DNA of 64,000 nucleotides from a virus. The stretch's first letter is position 1. Each line of letters begins with the position of its first letter. The DNA lies in IMG/VR virus record IMGVR_UViG_3300042197_000820, positions 1-64,000 of that record; one strand, given 5' to 3'. The translations under genes were made by a program, and so were the position numbers. Positions 18,505-28,191 of the stretch are shown here, one piece after another. Under the pieces are notes generated by a model. That model did not search any database. It was given only the letters and a program-made list of their open reading frames with translations, and was not told the origin of the DNA.

Positions 18505-19635
18505 TCAGTCTAGCTCGTCGTCCGCTGAGTCTACGTCAAAGTAATCTTCTGCATTACCTTCGCGAGTCTCAAACTTCACAATGATCTCTTCATCCATCAA
18601 CTGCAAAACTCTTTCCCTGAATCTATCAGACTCTAGCTTCTCTTTCCAGTTAGCTGCTTGGAACTTTTCTTTGGTTCCATCTTCATAGACCAGCGAGAAC
18701 CAAGCTCCTGCCTGTTCAAGATGTTTAGAAGACTTAACTGCATTGAACCAGCTTTCTTCGTCTTGGACCTTTGCGAGTCCTCCTGCCCAAATAATCTTGA
18801 ATGTACATTCACGATTGAGAGAGCCGAAACGTGACTTCTTGATCTTAGCCTTGACTTCCGAACCGATTGGATAACCACGTTCATCAAGAATGTAGCTGTC
18901 CTTTGCCTTACGACCAGTTAGCCAAATACGCAGCGAGTATGCATACGCTGGTGCCTTGCCACCGGGAGTAAAATAAGGCTCTGTCAGAAGTTCTGCCCTA
19001 TTAGAAGTAATATTAGTCTTAAGCTGATTGAGGATCAACAGTGTAGACTTGGTATTAGCGATAGGGATTGTTAGCTTAGAAAAAGCTCTTGACAAGATTC
19101 TTGGCTTCATAGCCATTGAGGACATTGGATCAAACGAACCTTCTACGTCTGCTGCTGCTGGCGTATTAGCTAGTGAGTCCCAAATAAAAAACATAGAACC
19201 GTTGTTAGCGGTCAGTAGTTCTTCGATTGTCTCCAGAACCAGTTCTGTTGTTGTTGCTTGGATGTATAGAAGTTTATTTAGATCACAACCTGTTGCTTCT
19301 AGAAACTCTGGATCTACTGCTGATTCTGAATCAAAGTAGACTACATCCATTCCTTTTGCCATTGCGTTTGCTGCGATTTGTGCAGCCATGTATGATTTAC
19401 CGGTACCTTCTAAACCGGCGATTTCTGTAATCTTTCCTACGGGGATACCAGCAAGCTTACCACGGCAAATAATAGAATCCAACCAGCGTGCGCCAGTTGG
19501 AACCCAATCAGTTACCTCAGTTGGATTTTCCTTCGTTAGATCATGAGCAATCTCTTGTCCATATTTCTTATTGACAAGGTTTCTCATTTCTGCGATGGAT
19601 AGCTTGCCCGGTTTACTTTCAGTCTTACGGGCCAT
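18505..19635 (-). CDS. RecA/UvsX recombinase
   Basis: GLEGTGKS Walker A, YFDSE, IWDSLA, LNQLK, TPGGKA. Confidence 0.93.
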   Translation of the reverse strand: MARKTESKPGKLSIAEMRNLVNKKYGQEIAHDLTKENPTEVTDWVPTGARWLDSIICRGKLAGIPVGKITEIAGLEGTGKSYMAAQIAANAMAKGMDVVYFDSESAVDPEFLEATGCDLNKLLYIQATTTELVLETIEELLTANNGSMFFIWDSLANTPAAADVEGSFDPMSSMAMKPRILSRAFSKLTIPIANTKSTLLILNQLKTNITSNRAELLTEPYFTPGGKAPAYAYSLRIWLTGRKAKDSYILDERGYPIGSEVKAKIKKSRFGSLNRECTFKIIWAGGLAKVQDEESWFNAVKSSKHLEQAGAWFSLVYEDGTKEKFQAANWKEKLESDRFRERVLQLMDEEIIVKFETREGNAEDYFDVDSADDELD

Positions 19636-19646
19636 TACAACTCCAT

Positions 19647-19859
19647 TTAGTTTATTGTAAATGCGTGTGATTTAGCGTGATTCTTACCAACAACATAGAT
19701 TGTATTTGTTTCTTCTTCGACTTGGACTAAACCAATCCTAGATTCAGAACCATAAGCATTCACAAATGGCATAGCAGCCCAAGCTACTATTAAAACAAAT
19801 ACAGCCCAAAGGGTGTAGTTAATATCAAACTGATACAAACGCTCGTCTTCTTCTTTCAT
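19647..19859 (-). CDS. small membrane protein
   Basis: One hydrophobic helix, GGAG SD. Confidence 0.55.
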   Translation of the reverse strand: MKEEDERLYQFDINYTLWAVFVLIVAWAAMPFVNAYGSESRIGLVQVEEETNTIYVVGKNHAKSHAFTIN

Positions 19860-19873
19860 ACCCGTACTCCGAA

Positions 19874-19897
19874 ACCGGAGAGCCGTAGCTCTCCGGT
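19874..19897 (-). terminator. stable hairpin with C(UACG)G tetraloop downstream of SSB gene
   Basis: ACCGGAGAGC-TACG-GCTCTCCGGT 10-bp stem; U-tract short. Confidence 0.55.
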
Positions 19898-19916
19898 CGA
19901 GTATAAGTAGTTTTTA

Positions 19917-20705
19917 TCACTTACTAGCGGCACTAATCTCACGGAAAACTGAGTTCAAAAGATCATCGTCCGAGCTAGTATTAGCGTTGTACTTCTGAAC
20001 TTCTGGACCTGCACCATTTTGGTCACTTAGGAACTCATCAAGAAGATTAGTGATTTGTTGCGCGGTCAAACGCTCAAACAACGAATCGAATGACGGCATT
20101 GACTCTAGGAGTTCGGCGCAACGAGTTGAACCACCGATTGCCTTGGAGCAAAGCACAGAGGTCTTGCGACGAGGAGCAACGTCAGTCTCAGCGAACATAC
20201 GACCGGTCTTGGTGGAGTACGAGATTGTCAAATCGGTACCCTCTTCGGTATCGGTGATATCACCATAGTCTGGATTCAGAACAAGGCTCAATAGCTTCTT
20301 GTAAACGGTACCGCCATAACCCCAAACACGGATACCCTTATCTTCCTCACCACGGACCAAAACTGGCGAGAAGTAACGCTCCTTCACGAATAGCGACTTA
20401 GCGAGCTTCTTATCTTCATCGTCGTTGTTAGCGACACCATCACGCCAAGTCTGTGAAGCAAACTCACAGATTGGGCATTGCTCACCAAAGTTCTTCTTCA
20501 GACACAATACAGTCTTACGCTTACCACCAACCTCTAGGTAGTGGAAATGGAAATCGCGGAATGGATCTCCGTCTGATGGGCAGACAATGCGAATGTCTTG
20601 CTCGCCCTCTACTGGCTTCCAAAAAGTCGAAACCTTACTGGACGTATCGCCCTTACTCTCGGTTGCAGAAAGCTTAGCCTTCATCTTGCTGATATCAATA
20701 GCCAT
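19917..20705 (-). CDS. single-stranded DNA-binding protein (T4 gp32-like)
   Basis: FWKP, H/C...CPICE Zn ligands, YGDITD.EEG.D, acidic C-terminal tail. Confidence 0.85.
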   Translation of the reverse strand: MAIDISKMKAKLSATESKGDTSSKVSTFWKPVEGEQDIRIVCPSDGDPFRDFHFHYLEVGGKRKTVLCLKKNFGEQCPICEFASQTWRDGVANNDDEDKKLAKSLFVKERYFSPVLVRGEEDKGIRVWGYGGTVYKKLLSLVLNPDYGDITDTEEGTDLTISYSTKTGRMFAETDVAPRRKTSVLCSKAIGGSTRCAELLESMPSFDSLFERLTAQQITNLLDEFLSDQNGAGPEVQKYNANTSSDDDLLNSVFREISAASK

Positions 20706-20766
20706 TTTGTTTTTTCCTTTATGTTAGTTGTGGGTTTTACCCTAAAGTCAATAGGAAGATTTATTC

Positions 20767-21600
20767 CTATCGCTGCTCTTGCACGAATGAAGTATGTTCC
20801 AAGACATACACTAAATCTCTATCATACTTTGTAGGATAGAAACTGAATGAAACGGTTTTGGTTTCCGTTGTGTTAGATTTTACTTCTTCTTTAGCACGCT
20901 TCAGTAAGTCGTTCGATTTTGACAACCGTGCCTCACTGATAGCATAAATGTAACTCTCTTCTCTTACGTTGGCAAGGCCGTAGAACATCTTTTTTACATC
21001 GTCTTCAAGACTCTTGATTCCGATAGTAGAAATACGATTTGTTTCTGTCGGTTGATCCAAGCTGCCCATAATAGGCGAGTTGTTACGATACACATTGATC
21101 ATGTGCAAGGTATTAGCAATCAAAACATTGATTTGATCCCAATACCCAATAATAGGTAGTTCGCCAGCGATTTCTTCGACCTTCTGATTGCTGATCAGAT
21201 AGATCCGCTCAAACTTACCGGATCGTGTGAAATGCTGTAATACATTTGTTACGACCTTCTGATTCAAGGCTTTCTTATGGCTTAACGTAACCGGATCAGC
21301 TTCAACGCTGACAATCGTGACATTACGATCCTTGATTCCCTCTAAGATTCGGAGTGACAAAGCGGAGACAAGAGAACCACCGCTCACAATCATTATAACA
21401 TCATCACTGGTCAAACAGCCATACAATAATGTCAAATCGATGTTAGTTGATTCATAGGCTTCGGGATCGTTATGCTTCTTGATTCGAATGGTCCTTTCTA
21501 CTTGTTGATCGTGGTCTACACAAACAACATTGTATTGTGGGTATTTTTCGAACTGTGCCGCGATTCTCGATCCGACACCTCCCAAGCCGATAACATTCAT
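20767..21600 (-). CDS. divergent tubulin/FtsZ-like protein
   Basis: NVIGLGGVGSRIA T1 loop, degenerate T4 loop SGGSLVS, YLISNQKV, W..IN..IA pattern. Confidence 0.65.
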   Translation of the reverse strand: MNVIGLGGVGSRIAAQFEKYPQYNVVCVDHDQQVERTIRIKKHNDPEAYESTNIDLTLLYGCLTSDDVIMIVSGGSLVSALSLRILEGIKDRNVTIVSVEADPVTLSHKKALNQKVVTNVLQHFTRSGKFERIYLISNQKVEEIAGELPIIGYWDQINVLIANTLHMINVYRNNSPIMGSLDQPTETNRISTIGIKSLEDDVKKMFYGLANVREESYIYAISEARLSKSNDLLKRAKEEVKSNTTETKTVSFSFYPTKYDRDLVYVLEHTSFVQEQR

Positions 21601-22778
21601 AGGTCAATCACCTTTAGATTCTCAAAATCTTTTCCTGCTTTCATTGTGGCAACAAATCCATCCTTACGAACAATCTCCAAGATTTGGAAGATTAGTTTCC
21701 GCTCAGACCAATCAAAGTCAATAACAATCGAATCGTGAATCGAGAAAGCCAAATAAGATTTCTTACCTTTCAGGAGATCAAAAATCTCAACAAGCTTTCG
21801 ACCAACGTAATCAGCCGTCGTGCTTTGAACCAAATACGGAATGGCATGGTCTCTATCACATTCGATAGTTCTGCCAAACGGGTTCTGAACTGCCTTACCA
21901 TCCCAATGCTCCCTAAGTAAGTAATCACGACTATAGACTTTTTCCAAACGATCATCACGCTTTTCGAAATCGTATAGCCAACCAAACATCATCTTCTTTG
22001 CCAGATCTCTATCAGTATCTTTTCCGAATACATTCTGAATGTTCCAATCATGGATGTCGATTGGTGGTTGCTCCTTACCTTGGATAAAGAACAAAGACCT
22101 CAGATCTGCTGCATTGTAATCAATCTCCAAGAACATGTCATTGTTAGGCTTGATGAATCTACGCAGATCTTTGTCGAAACGAAGAATAGGAAATGAATCC
22201 TTGGTTGTTGTCAACCTTCCTGTCTTTACCGAGAATGGGTCATAAACAATCTTTCTTGGATAAGACCGCATTCTTTCTATAAAATCTCGTACCTTCTTCT
22301 TATGCTTTTCGCTGTTCATCGCAGCCGAATCAATACAGAGCCGACGAGAAGAAATGTCATGAAGAACTTCTTGAAGTCTAACAAGGTAATCATGATTGCT
22401 TGGTTTCTCAACATTCTGAAATACCCAATCACAGATCTTTGTTTTTACCTTGGCATAATCTTCCAAGAAACCTTTGCTAACCAAATCATAAAAACAGTTT
22501 TCGTTTAGATTGATCTTTGCCAAAAGAAATGAACGATAAAGAGCCTTCAGCTTAGAACTAGCTTTCTCATACTCTTCCTTGTATTCTTCAGGACAAACTT
22601 CATCAAGTTCTTTACCACCAACGTAAATCTTGGCGAAGTCAATACCCGAAGGCAAATAGGGTGCCCAAGCCCATGTACGGTTCAGAGAAGAGAAATCTAC
22701 TTGTGCCATTCCAGAAAGCTGGTTATTCGCAAATACCGCGGCGCATTCGTTCTTCGAATCAAACGTCTGGAAAATCAT
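21597..22778 (-). CDS. minimal family A DNA polymerase-like protein
   Basis: KTGRLT, motif A LEIDYNAADLR, DIH, motif B RDLAKKMMFGWLY, VQSTTAD, motif C IHDSIV; likely start MIFQ. Confidence 0.85.
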   Translation of the reverse strand: MIFQTFDSKNECAAVFANNQLSGMAQVDFSSLNRTWAWAPYLPSGIDFAKIYVGGKELDEVCPEEYKEEYEKASSKLKALYRSFLLAKINLNENCFYDLVSKGFLEDYAKVKTKICDWVFQNVEKPSNHDYLVRLQEVLHDISSRRLCIDSAAMNSEKHKKKVRDFIERMRSYPRKIVYDPFSVKTGRLTTTKDSFPILRFDKDLRRFIKPNNDMFLEIDYNAADLRSLFFIQGKEQPPIDIHDWNIQNVFGKDTDRDLAKKMMFGWLYDFEKRDDRLEKVYSRDYLLREHWDGKAVQNPFGRTIECDRDHAIPYLVQSTTADYVGRKLVEIFDLLKGKKSYLAFSIHDSIVIDFDWSERKLIFQILEIVRKDGFVATMKAGKDFENLKVIDL

Positions 22779-22795
22779 TCGGCCCTCGTACAATG

Positions 22796-22824
22796 AATGT
22801 ATCACCGTACCGCAGGGCCGTCAA
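22796..22824 (-). promoter_or_regulatory. sigma70-like promoter for polA-tubulin-SSB block
   Basis: TTGACG-17nt-TACATT. Confidence 0.6.
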
Positions 22825-22836
22825 GTCAAACAGGTG

Positions 22837-23709
22837 TCAAGAGTTCGACAACTGGATTGCGCGGGCGAGGACTCGACCATGATCCATGCCGAAACAATCG
22901 ATCTTCCTATCGGTTATGTGGAAGTGGTTTACGAACCCCTTGAAATCGCTCCAATCGATGGTTCTGTCCAATCTGTCTGGCAACTGTAGTGGAATGCCAT
23001 GTGCGCGGTGGACCGCCTCCCAAAGTGAAGCTAAAGCCTCGTACTGAGCATCATAAAAGTCTAAGTGGCTGTCGATCATACCACCGTGTCCCTTTACTGC
23101 TTTGGTAAGCGGTCTTGGACCAAAGCCATTCTTGACATACCAATCTTGATGCTTGGGATAGTATGCATTAGATACTTCTACACCGATAGAAGCTTCATTC
23201 GCTGGCGCAGCGTGCCAAGCAACATGAACCGTATCAAGATACTGATAGATCGTACCATCATTATCTATTGAGAAGTGTACTGAAAGACCTCGTTCCTTCA
23301 GGACATTATGGCAGCTTTTGGCTGACAAGCATACATCCCAATGAGTTACGAATAAAGATGGTTTTCTACTTGTTTTCTTCGAGAATCCCTTCGTGAGAAC
23401 AAGACCATCCTTGTCTTTCCAAGTAATAGCCTTACCAGATTTCAATGGTACATCGATACCATTACAAATGATTCTGCTCCCACTCCATGTTGGCTTGGAT
23501 GGTTTTACATCATCTTTTCTGTCTTTCTCAAGCATAATCCTGCGGTATGTATTTGGTCCCAACATTCCATCGGCTGACAGGCTATACTGTCTTTGGAAGG
23601 CTTTGACTGCCTCCACAAAATCTTCATCTATTTTTGACAAACCTAAAATGCTAGCATCCCAGCCTATTCTTTTAGATTCATCCAGATTGTATTGTAGTGC
23701 TTTCGACAT
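22837..23709 (-). CDS. endolysin: peptidoglycan-binding domain + N-acetylmuramoyl-L-alanine amidase (Amidase_2)
   Basis: AVKAFQ...LSADGMLGPNT; HWD, SVHFSIDNDGTIYQY, AWHA, SIGVE, H...K.DC. Confidence 0.9.
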   Translation of the reverse strand: MSKALQYNLDESKRIGWDASILGLSKIDEDFVEAVKAFQRQYSLSADGMLGPNTYRRIMLEKDRKDDVKPSKPTWSGSRIICNGIDVPLKSGKAITWKDKDGLVLTKGFSKKTSRKPSLFVTHWDVCLSAKSCHNVLKERGLSVHFSIDNDGTIYQYLDTVHVAWHAAPANEASIGVEVSNAYYPKHQDWYVKNGFGPRPLTKAVKGHGGMIDSHLDFYDAQYEALASLWEAVHRAHGIPLQLPDRLDRTIDWSDFKGFVNHFHITDRKIDCFGMDHGRVLARAIQLSNS

Positions 23710-23720
23710 TTTCTTTCTCC

Positions 23721-25154
23721 TCAGTAATCATAACGTGTTAGTCTAATAAGTGCAAGGGCTTCTTCGTATGTAAAGCTTTCCATATTTTTGAATCCCTTCT
23801 TCTCTAGAGTTATGAGTTCATATGTTATTCTAAACTTTTCGTTGATGTACTTTAAAGCCATATCTAAACCATGATTGGCATTGATTTGTTTAGCAGTGAT
23901 TATAAAACTACGAAGTGTTGCACTAGCAAACTTTAAACCTATTTCGTTATTTTTTAAAGTAATATATAATGAAATAAGAAAATCATCATTTAGTAAAGGA
24001 TCGATTAAATCAAACTCATTTGTTTCTCTAAAGTATTTAGTTTTGTTAATGGTTGAATCTTTATAAGTTATATCATATTCAACCTTGAATCTTTTAATAA
24101 ATCTTTCATAAGCTATATCATAAAGATTATATAAAATAGAAAGGTCGTTTGTGTAGACAGGCTCAAAATAAAATGATATTATCTCCTCTGCTGTATTGAA
24201 CTGTTGACCGTTCAAATAAGTTTTGCCACAAGCACAAATAGAATCTCTCATTCTAGTTGAGTTAAGATTTGCAATAAGCTTAAATGGATATTCTTGAGAA
24301 ATAACAAATCCAAACTCTTGAACAGCACTAGCATAAAGTTGGTAGTTAGGATCTTGATATATTCTTTTCACCTTCTCTGCATCAACATCGTATGGTATTT
24401 CAGCTATATCGAGAGAAATGCCATTAAAGTTAAAATCTATATTGTTAGCAAGTATTTTTGTAGAAAAAGTTATAGCTTTACTCTTGGAGGCAAAAATCAA
24501 ATAGTTACTAAAATAGTTAAAGAAGTTTTGTGGAGTTATTACCTTCCTACGATTTTTAATATCATTAAGACAGAAAACTATAAAGTCATCTGATATAGCT
24601 TGCAAGTGCTGTGATAGTGGTTGGTTTATATTAACTCCAGCCTTATATAGAGACAAAGATGATAGAAACTCGCTATTAGATATTCCTTTTCCTTCGAATA
24701 TGCCTCTAGCGTATGCAGTTTTCAGATTAATGAAGGAGTTTATAACAAAGTCAAGAGCAAAATGACTTCTCTTATTGTCCTCATAATATGAGAAATATTG
24801 TTGCTTTGGCTGTAACGGAATCAATGATCTGTTGACTGTGCCTAGCATCGGTAATCTAGTATTGTTTATTATACGATAAATACCTACCAGATCTGCATTC
24901 GGTTCGAACAAAGAAGAGAAAGAGGGTATATTAATGTCGTTTCCTACATCATCTGTAAAGGTTTTTGGTAATGGTTGTAGAACATCAAACAAGTCGTCGT
25001 AGAAGTTGGTATTTGATCCTATTATTCTAGCATATTCAGCTTTTGCTACAAAGGCTTCTCTAGCTGTGTTTTGATTGCTGCCAATATATCGTTTAGCATC
25101 TTGGGAACGAGCTAGCTCACTTACAGGAGTATTAGTGTTTATATTGTATTTCAT
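23721..25154 (-). CDS. hypothetical protein (AT-rich gene in baseplate module)
   Basis: 477-aa ORF; no recognised motif. Confidence 0.7.
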   Translation of the reverse strand: MKYNINTNTPVSELARSQDAKRYIGSNQNTAREAFVAKAEYARIIGSNTNFYDDLFDVLQPLPKTFTDDVGNDINIPSFSSLFEPNADLVGIYRIINNTRLPMLGTVNRSLIPLQPKQQYFSYYEDNKRSHFALDFVINSFINLKTAYARGIFEGKGISNSEFLSSLSLYKAGVNINQPLSQHLQAISDDFIVFCLNDIKNRRKVITPQNFFNYFSNYLIFASKSKAITFSTKILANNIDFNFNGISLDIAEIPYDVDAEKVKRIYQDPNYQLYASAVQEFGFVISQEYPFKLIANLNSTRMRDSICACGKTYLNGQQFNTAEEIISFYFEPVYTNDLSILYNLYDIAYERFIKRFKVEYDITYKDSTINKTKYFRETNEFDLIDPLLNDDFLISLYITLKNNEIGLKFASATLRSFIITAKQINANHGLDMALKYINEKFRITYELITLEKKGFKNMESFTYEEALALIRLTRYDY

Positions 25155-25162
25155 TTAGCACC

Positions 25163-27829
25163 TCAGTCAGTGATTCCGATACCGGCATCGCGAGCATACA
25201 ACTGCTTGTTAGCAAGCTTTCCACCACCAGTATATTCGTGTTTACCGTTCAGGTTGGTAGCGTATACACCCGACTCTAGAGACCATATTACCTTGGTGAC
25301 TAAGTAATATCCCCCTAAGCCCATTAGGTTAGAATACGACTTTGGATCATTTGGTAATCCGAGTGTTGGCCCCATTCCTGTAGGTACAAGGTATAGATAT
25401 TTACCCGGTAAGAATAGAGTATTACCATACATTTGCAGACTAATATCATAAAGCGACATCAGCACTAGAGCAGGATCGAAAGAAGTGCCTAACTTTCTTA
25501 TTCTTTCTTCACGTTGATATGGTACTTGATTTTTAGTAAATGTAGTTTTCTTTAGAATCCCCAAGTCTCTACCCATATAAATGTGAGGTATACCTCTATT
25601 CAAGTCATCATTATAACTGCCTCTCATTTCATTCGGGTTAAAAATATCTTGATATAAGACCATATAAAAGAAGTAGTTTTTAGGATTAATGTCGGGACCA
25701 GATGCTTTAATCATATTACCAGCACTAAGTGCATTGGTCCTCACAACATCACCATCAGGATTTAAAGGATCAACACCGAGGGTCTTGCTAAATACAGCAA
25801 GGTTCATATATTTAACTTTTACGTCTTGTTTGTATGAACCGTTAGCCAGATAGTTTCGCCTTAGAAATACCTCTTCTAATAAATCATTTATTAAAGCTTT
25901 TATAAAGTCATCGACGGTATAATCCAAGTTTCTGGTACTTATAACTTTGTTATAGAAGAAAGTAGTAAACTTTTTAAGTGATATAGGTACATGAGCTAAG
26001 TTTAATCTTTTTGGTTTTCCATCACAATAATCAAAGATTTCTATATCGCTAAGAATCAGCTTCACTCTACTAGAAAAACTTTTTCCAAAAGAACGAAGAG
26101 TAGCAGCATCGTTTTCAGCGTCTGGATCATACGCCCTTTTCATAACAACTTCTAGCAAATCCCCGAGATAAATCCAACTTAAGTTGTGATACTCTCTACC
26201 AAAACTATCTTTTACTATAGGAGTATTTTTAAAAGAATCTAAAGTAGCAGTCCCTTCAGCTTCTTGTATTGGATCAAAAACACAATATGTATACCCTTGG
26301 TCCTCAAAGGTTTGTTGAGTCCATTTGATTTGACAAAAATCTATAGGTGAAGCAACAGGCAACACAACAGGGGGTGCAGCGTTTGGATCAGTTGGAGTAA
26401 CAGCATTCGGATCGGGGGGTGTGGTAGCACCAGCCGAAGTTGCGGGAGTAGGAGTACCGACACTATTAGTGGCTGTTTGAGTAGTAGAAGCAGGTGCTGG
26501 AGCGTTCGATGATGTGGGTGCGGGAGGAGAACTAGTACCATCTGCTGGGGGTGTTGAAGAGGATTCGGTTTTGGGCGCTCCAATGGTACCAAACTGGTTC
26601 ATCGCTTCCCGTGAAACTATAGTTTGATATACTCTGCTTACCTTATCGGCTGGTTCCATTAGGTCTCTTACAATAGATTCGAAACCTTCTTTTGTTAATA
26701 TAGTTTGAAGACCAGTGAACTCTTCTCTGACTTTCTTAATAGCTGTTTGATCGCCTGCATCTGCTGCTTTTTTAAGCTCGTCAGATTTATCTTGTAACTT
26801 CTTCCTTTGTTCTTTGGTAAGAACCATGCCAGCTCTAAGTTCTCGGTTCACCCTATCAAAAGATCCAATGAAATCTATATCTAATGTGACAGTACCATCA
26901 TCGTTTATATTTAGGTTATGAATAGTAGGATTCATAACAAAAGACATTTTAGTCTGCCTAATGGCTTCTAATACATTCTTTGAATCACCCGCATATGCAG
27001 ATATACTATTAAACTGACCCGCAGACCAACCAACCTCTATTCTTATTCTAAACGCACTAGAAGCATCGGTTCTTGCAGGAAGAGACGAAACGGCCTGTGG
27101 ACCACCTTCTGCCCCAACAGGTTGTGGCGTGCCACCGACCGGTGGATGTATCAACAAATCAAGAAAGCTATATTGACCTTCCCCGGATCCGCGTGATTTT
27201 ACAAGTTGATCTAGATCTTGGAAGAACAACTGTAGTTTTCCATTAAACATCTTGTCGCTTTCGAACTCGGTTGTGCCTTGAGATTCTATCTCTAAGCTTT
27301 TAAAACCATAGCCTGCTCTTCCGAGATCTCGACTTTCCAGCACGCTTGTTGCACCCAGATACGCATCAAAGTTAAACTCTATTTCTCTAAGAACTCCCAA
27401 ATCTTGTTTTAAATATTGTTTAAATACTCTTATTTGCGGAACTAACTCTGATATTTGCGCGGGAGTCAAAGTTAAAATAGGTTGTTTTTTGTTAAAGTCA
27501 GAGTTTAAAAGTCTATTGATTACCGCAACATTTGGCCCTTTTAAGAGATCTAGTTTTTTATATGTTTGTCCCTTTTCAACATGTACTTGTTTGTGAATAG
27601 GTGCAAGCTTAGTTATATTATAGATTAAGAATGCTTGATCATCGAATAGACCAGCATTTAAAGTCTGTTTTTCTGTAACTGTCCCAGAAGAAGCGGGTTC
27701 TGTGGTAGGAGGAGCAGCCGAAGTGCTTGAACCCTCTACGGGAGGAGTGGTAGTCGCTGGGGTACTTGACGGTGCCGTGGAAGCTCCAGTAGCAGCCGGT
27801 GAACTAGTCGGAGGAGGCGTTTGGCTCAT
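25163..27829 (-). CDS. putative baseplate hub / tail-associated protein with Pro/Thr/Ser-rich linkers
   Basis: C-terminal MYGNTLFLPGKYLY...GGYYLVTKV resembles the hub (gp27/gpD-like) ending; located next to the LysM gene. Confidence 0.55.
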   Translation of the reverse strand: MSQTPPPTSSPAATGASTAPSSTPATTTPPVEGSSTSAAPPTTEPASSGTVTEKQTLNAGLFDDQAFLIYNITKLAPIHKQVHVEKGQTYKKLDLLKGPNVAVINRLLNSDFNKKQPILTLTPAQISELVPQIRVFKQYLKQDLGVLREIEFNFDAYLGATSVLESRDLGRAGYGFKSLEIESQGTTEFESDKMFNGKLQLFFQDLDQLVKSRGSGEGQYSFLDLLIHPPVGGTPQPVGAEGGPQAVSSLPARTDASSAFRIRIEVGWSAGQFNSISAYAGDSKNVLEAIRQTKMSFVMNPTIHNLNINDDGTVTLDIDFIGSFDRVNRELRAGMVLTKEQRKKLQDKSDELKKAADAGDQTAIKKVREEFTGLQTILTKEGFESIVRDLMEPADKVSRVYQTIVSREAMNQFGTIGAPKTESSSTPPADGTSSPPAPTSSNAPAPASTTQTATNSVGTPTPATSAGATTPPDPNAVTPTDPNAAPPVVLPVASPIDFCQIKWTQQTFEDQGYTYCVFDPIQEAEGTATLDSFKNTPIVKDSFGREYHNLSWIYLGDLLEVVMKRAYDPDAENDAATLRSFGKSFSSRVKLILSDIEIFDYCDGKPKRLNLAHVPISLKKFTTFFYNKVISTRNLDYTVDDFIKALINDLLEEVFLRRNYLANGSYKQDVKVKYMNLAVFSKTLGVDPLNPDGDVVRTNALSAGNMIKASGPDINPKNYFFYMVLYQDIFNPNEMRGSYNDDLNRGIPHIYMGRDLGILKKTTFTKNQVPYQREERIRKLGTSFDPALVLMSLYDISLQMYGNTLFLPGKYLYLVPTGMGPTLGLPNDPKSYSNLMGLGGYYLVTKVIWSLESGVYATNLNGKHEYTGGGKLANKQLYARDAGIGITD

Positions 27830-28170
27830 AATGGCACACTATTATATAAAGCCAGTACCCTTTCAAATGGAATAGGTATTATAAGTCTTTCTCCTATTTT
27901 GAAATGACTTTCGGTAGGTTTCTGGTTATACCAAGCAATCAACCACCAATATTGTCCATCTCCATAATATTGCTCTGAAAGCTTCCACAGTTTGTCCCCC
28001 AACTTCCAGATATGTTCTATTCTTGTCACCTGTAGAGCATCGCCCGTTGTTAAAGCAGGCAAAGAAGGAGATGTATAATGATCGATGTGTTTTACACCTC
28101 GGTCTTCCAACAAGTCTTTGTAGACTTGTTCTTCGTTTCTTGCGATGATTCTGTTATTATATCTACTCAT
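27826..28170 (-). CDS. LysM-like baseplate wedge protein
   Basis: HIWKLGDKLWKLSEQYYGDGQYWWLIAWYN...GERLIIP. Confidence 0.8.
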   Translation of the reverse strand: MSRYNNRIIARNEEQVYKDLLEDRGVKHIDHYTSPSLPALTTGDALQVTRIEHIWKLGDKLWKLSEQYYGDGQYWWLIAWYNQKPTESHFKIGERLIIPIPFERVLALYNSVPL

Positions 28171-28191
28171 GATGTTATAACTCTACAATAC

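Noticed and set aside
20767-21600. Nucleus-forming (chimallin) phage inferred from tubulin-like gene
   Set aside because: No chimallin or multisubunit RNAP is recognisable, the structural genes are T4-like, and the tubulin signature is degenerate.
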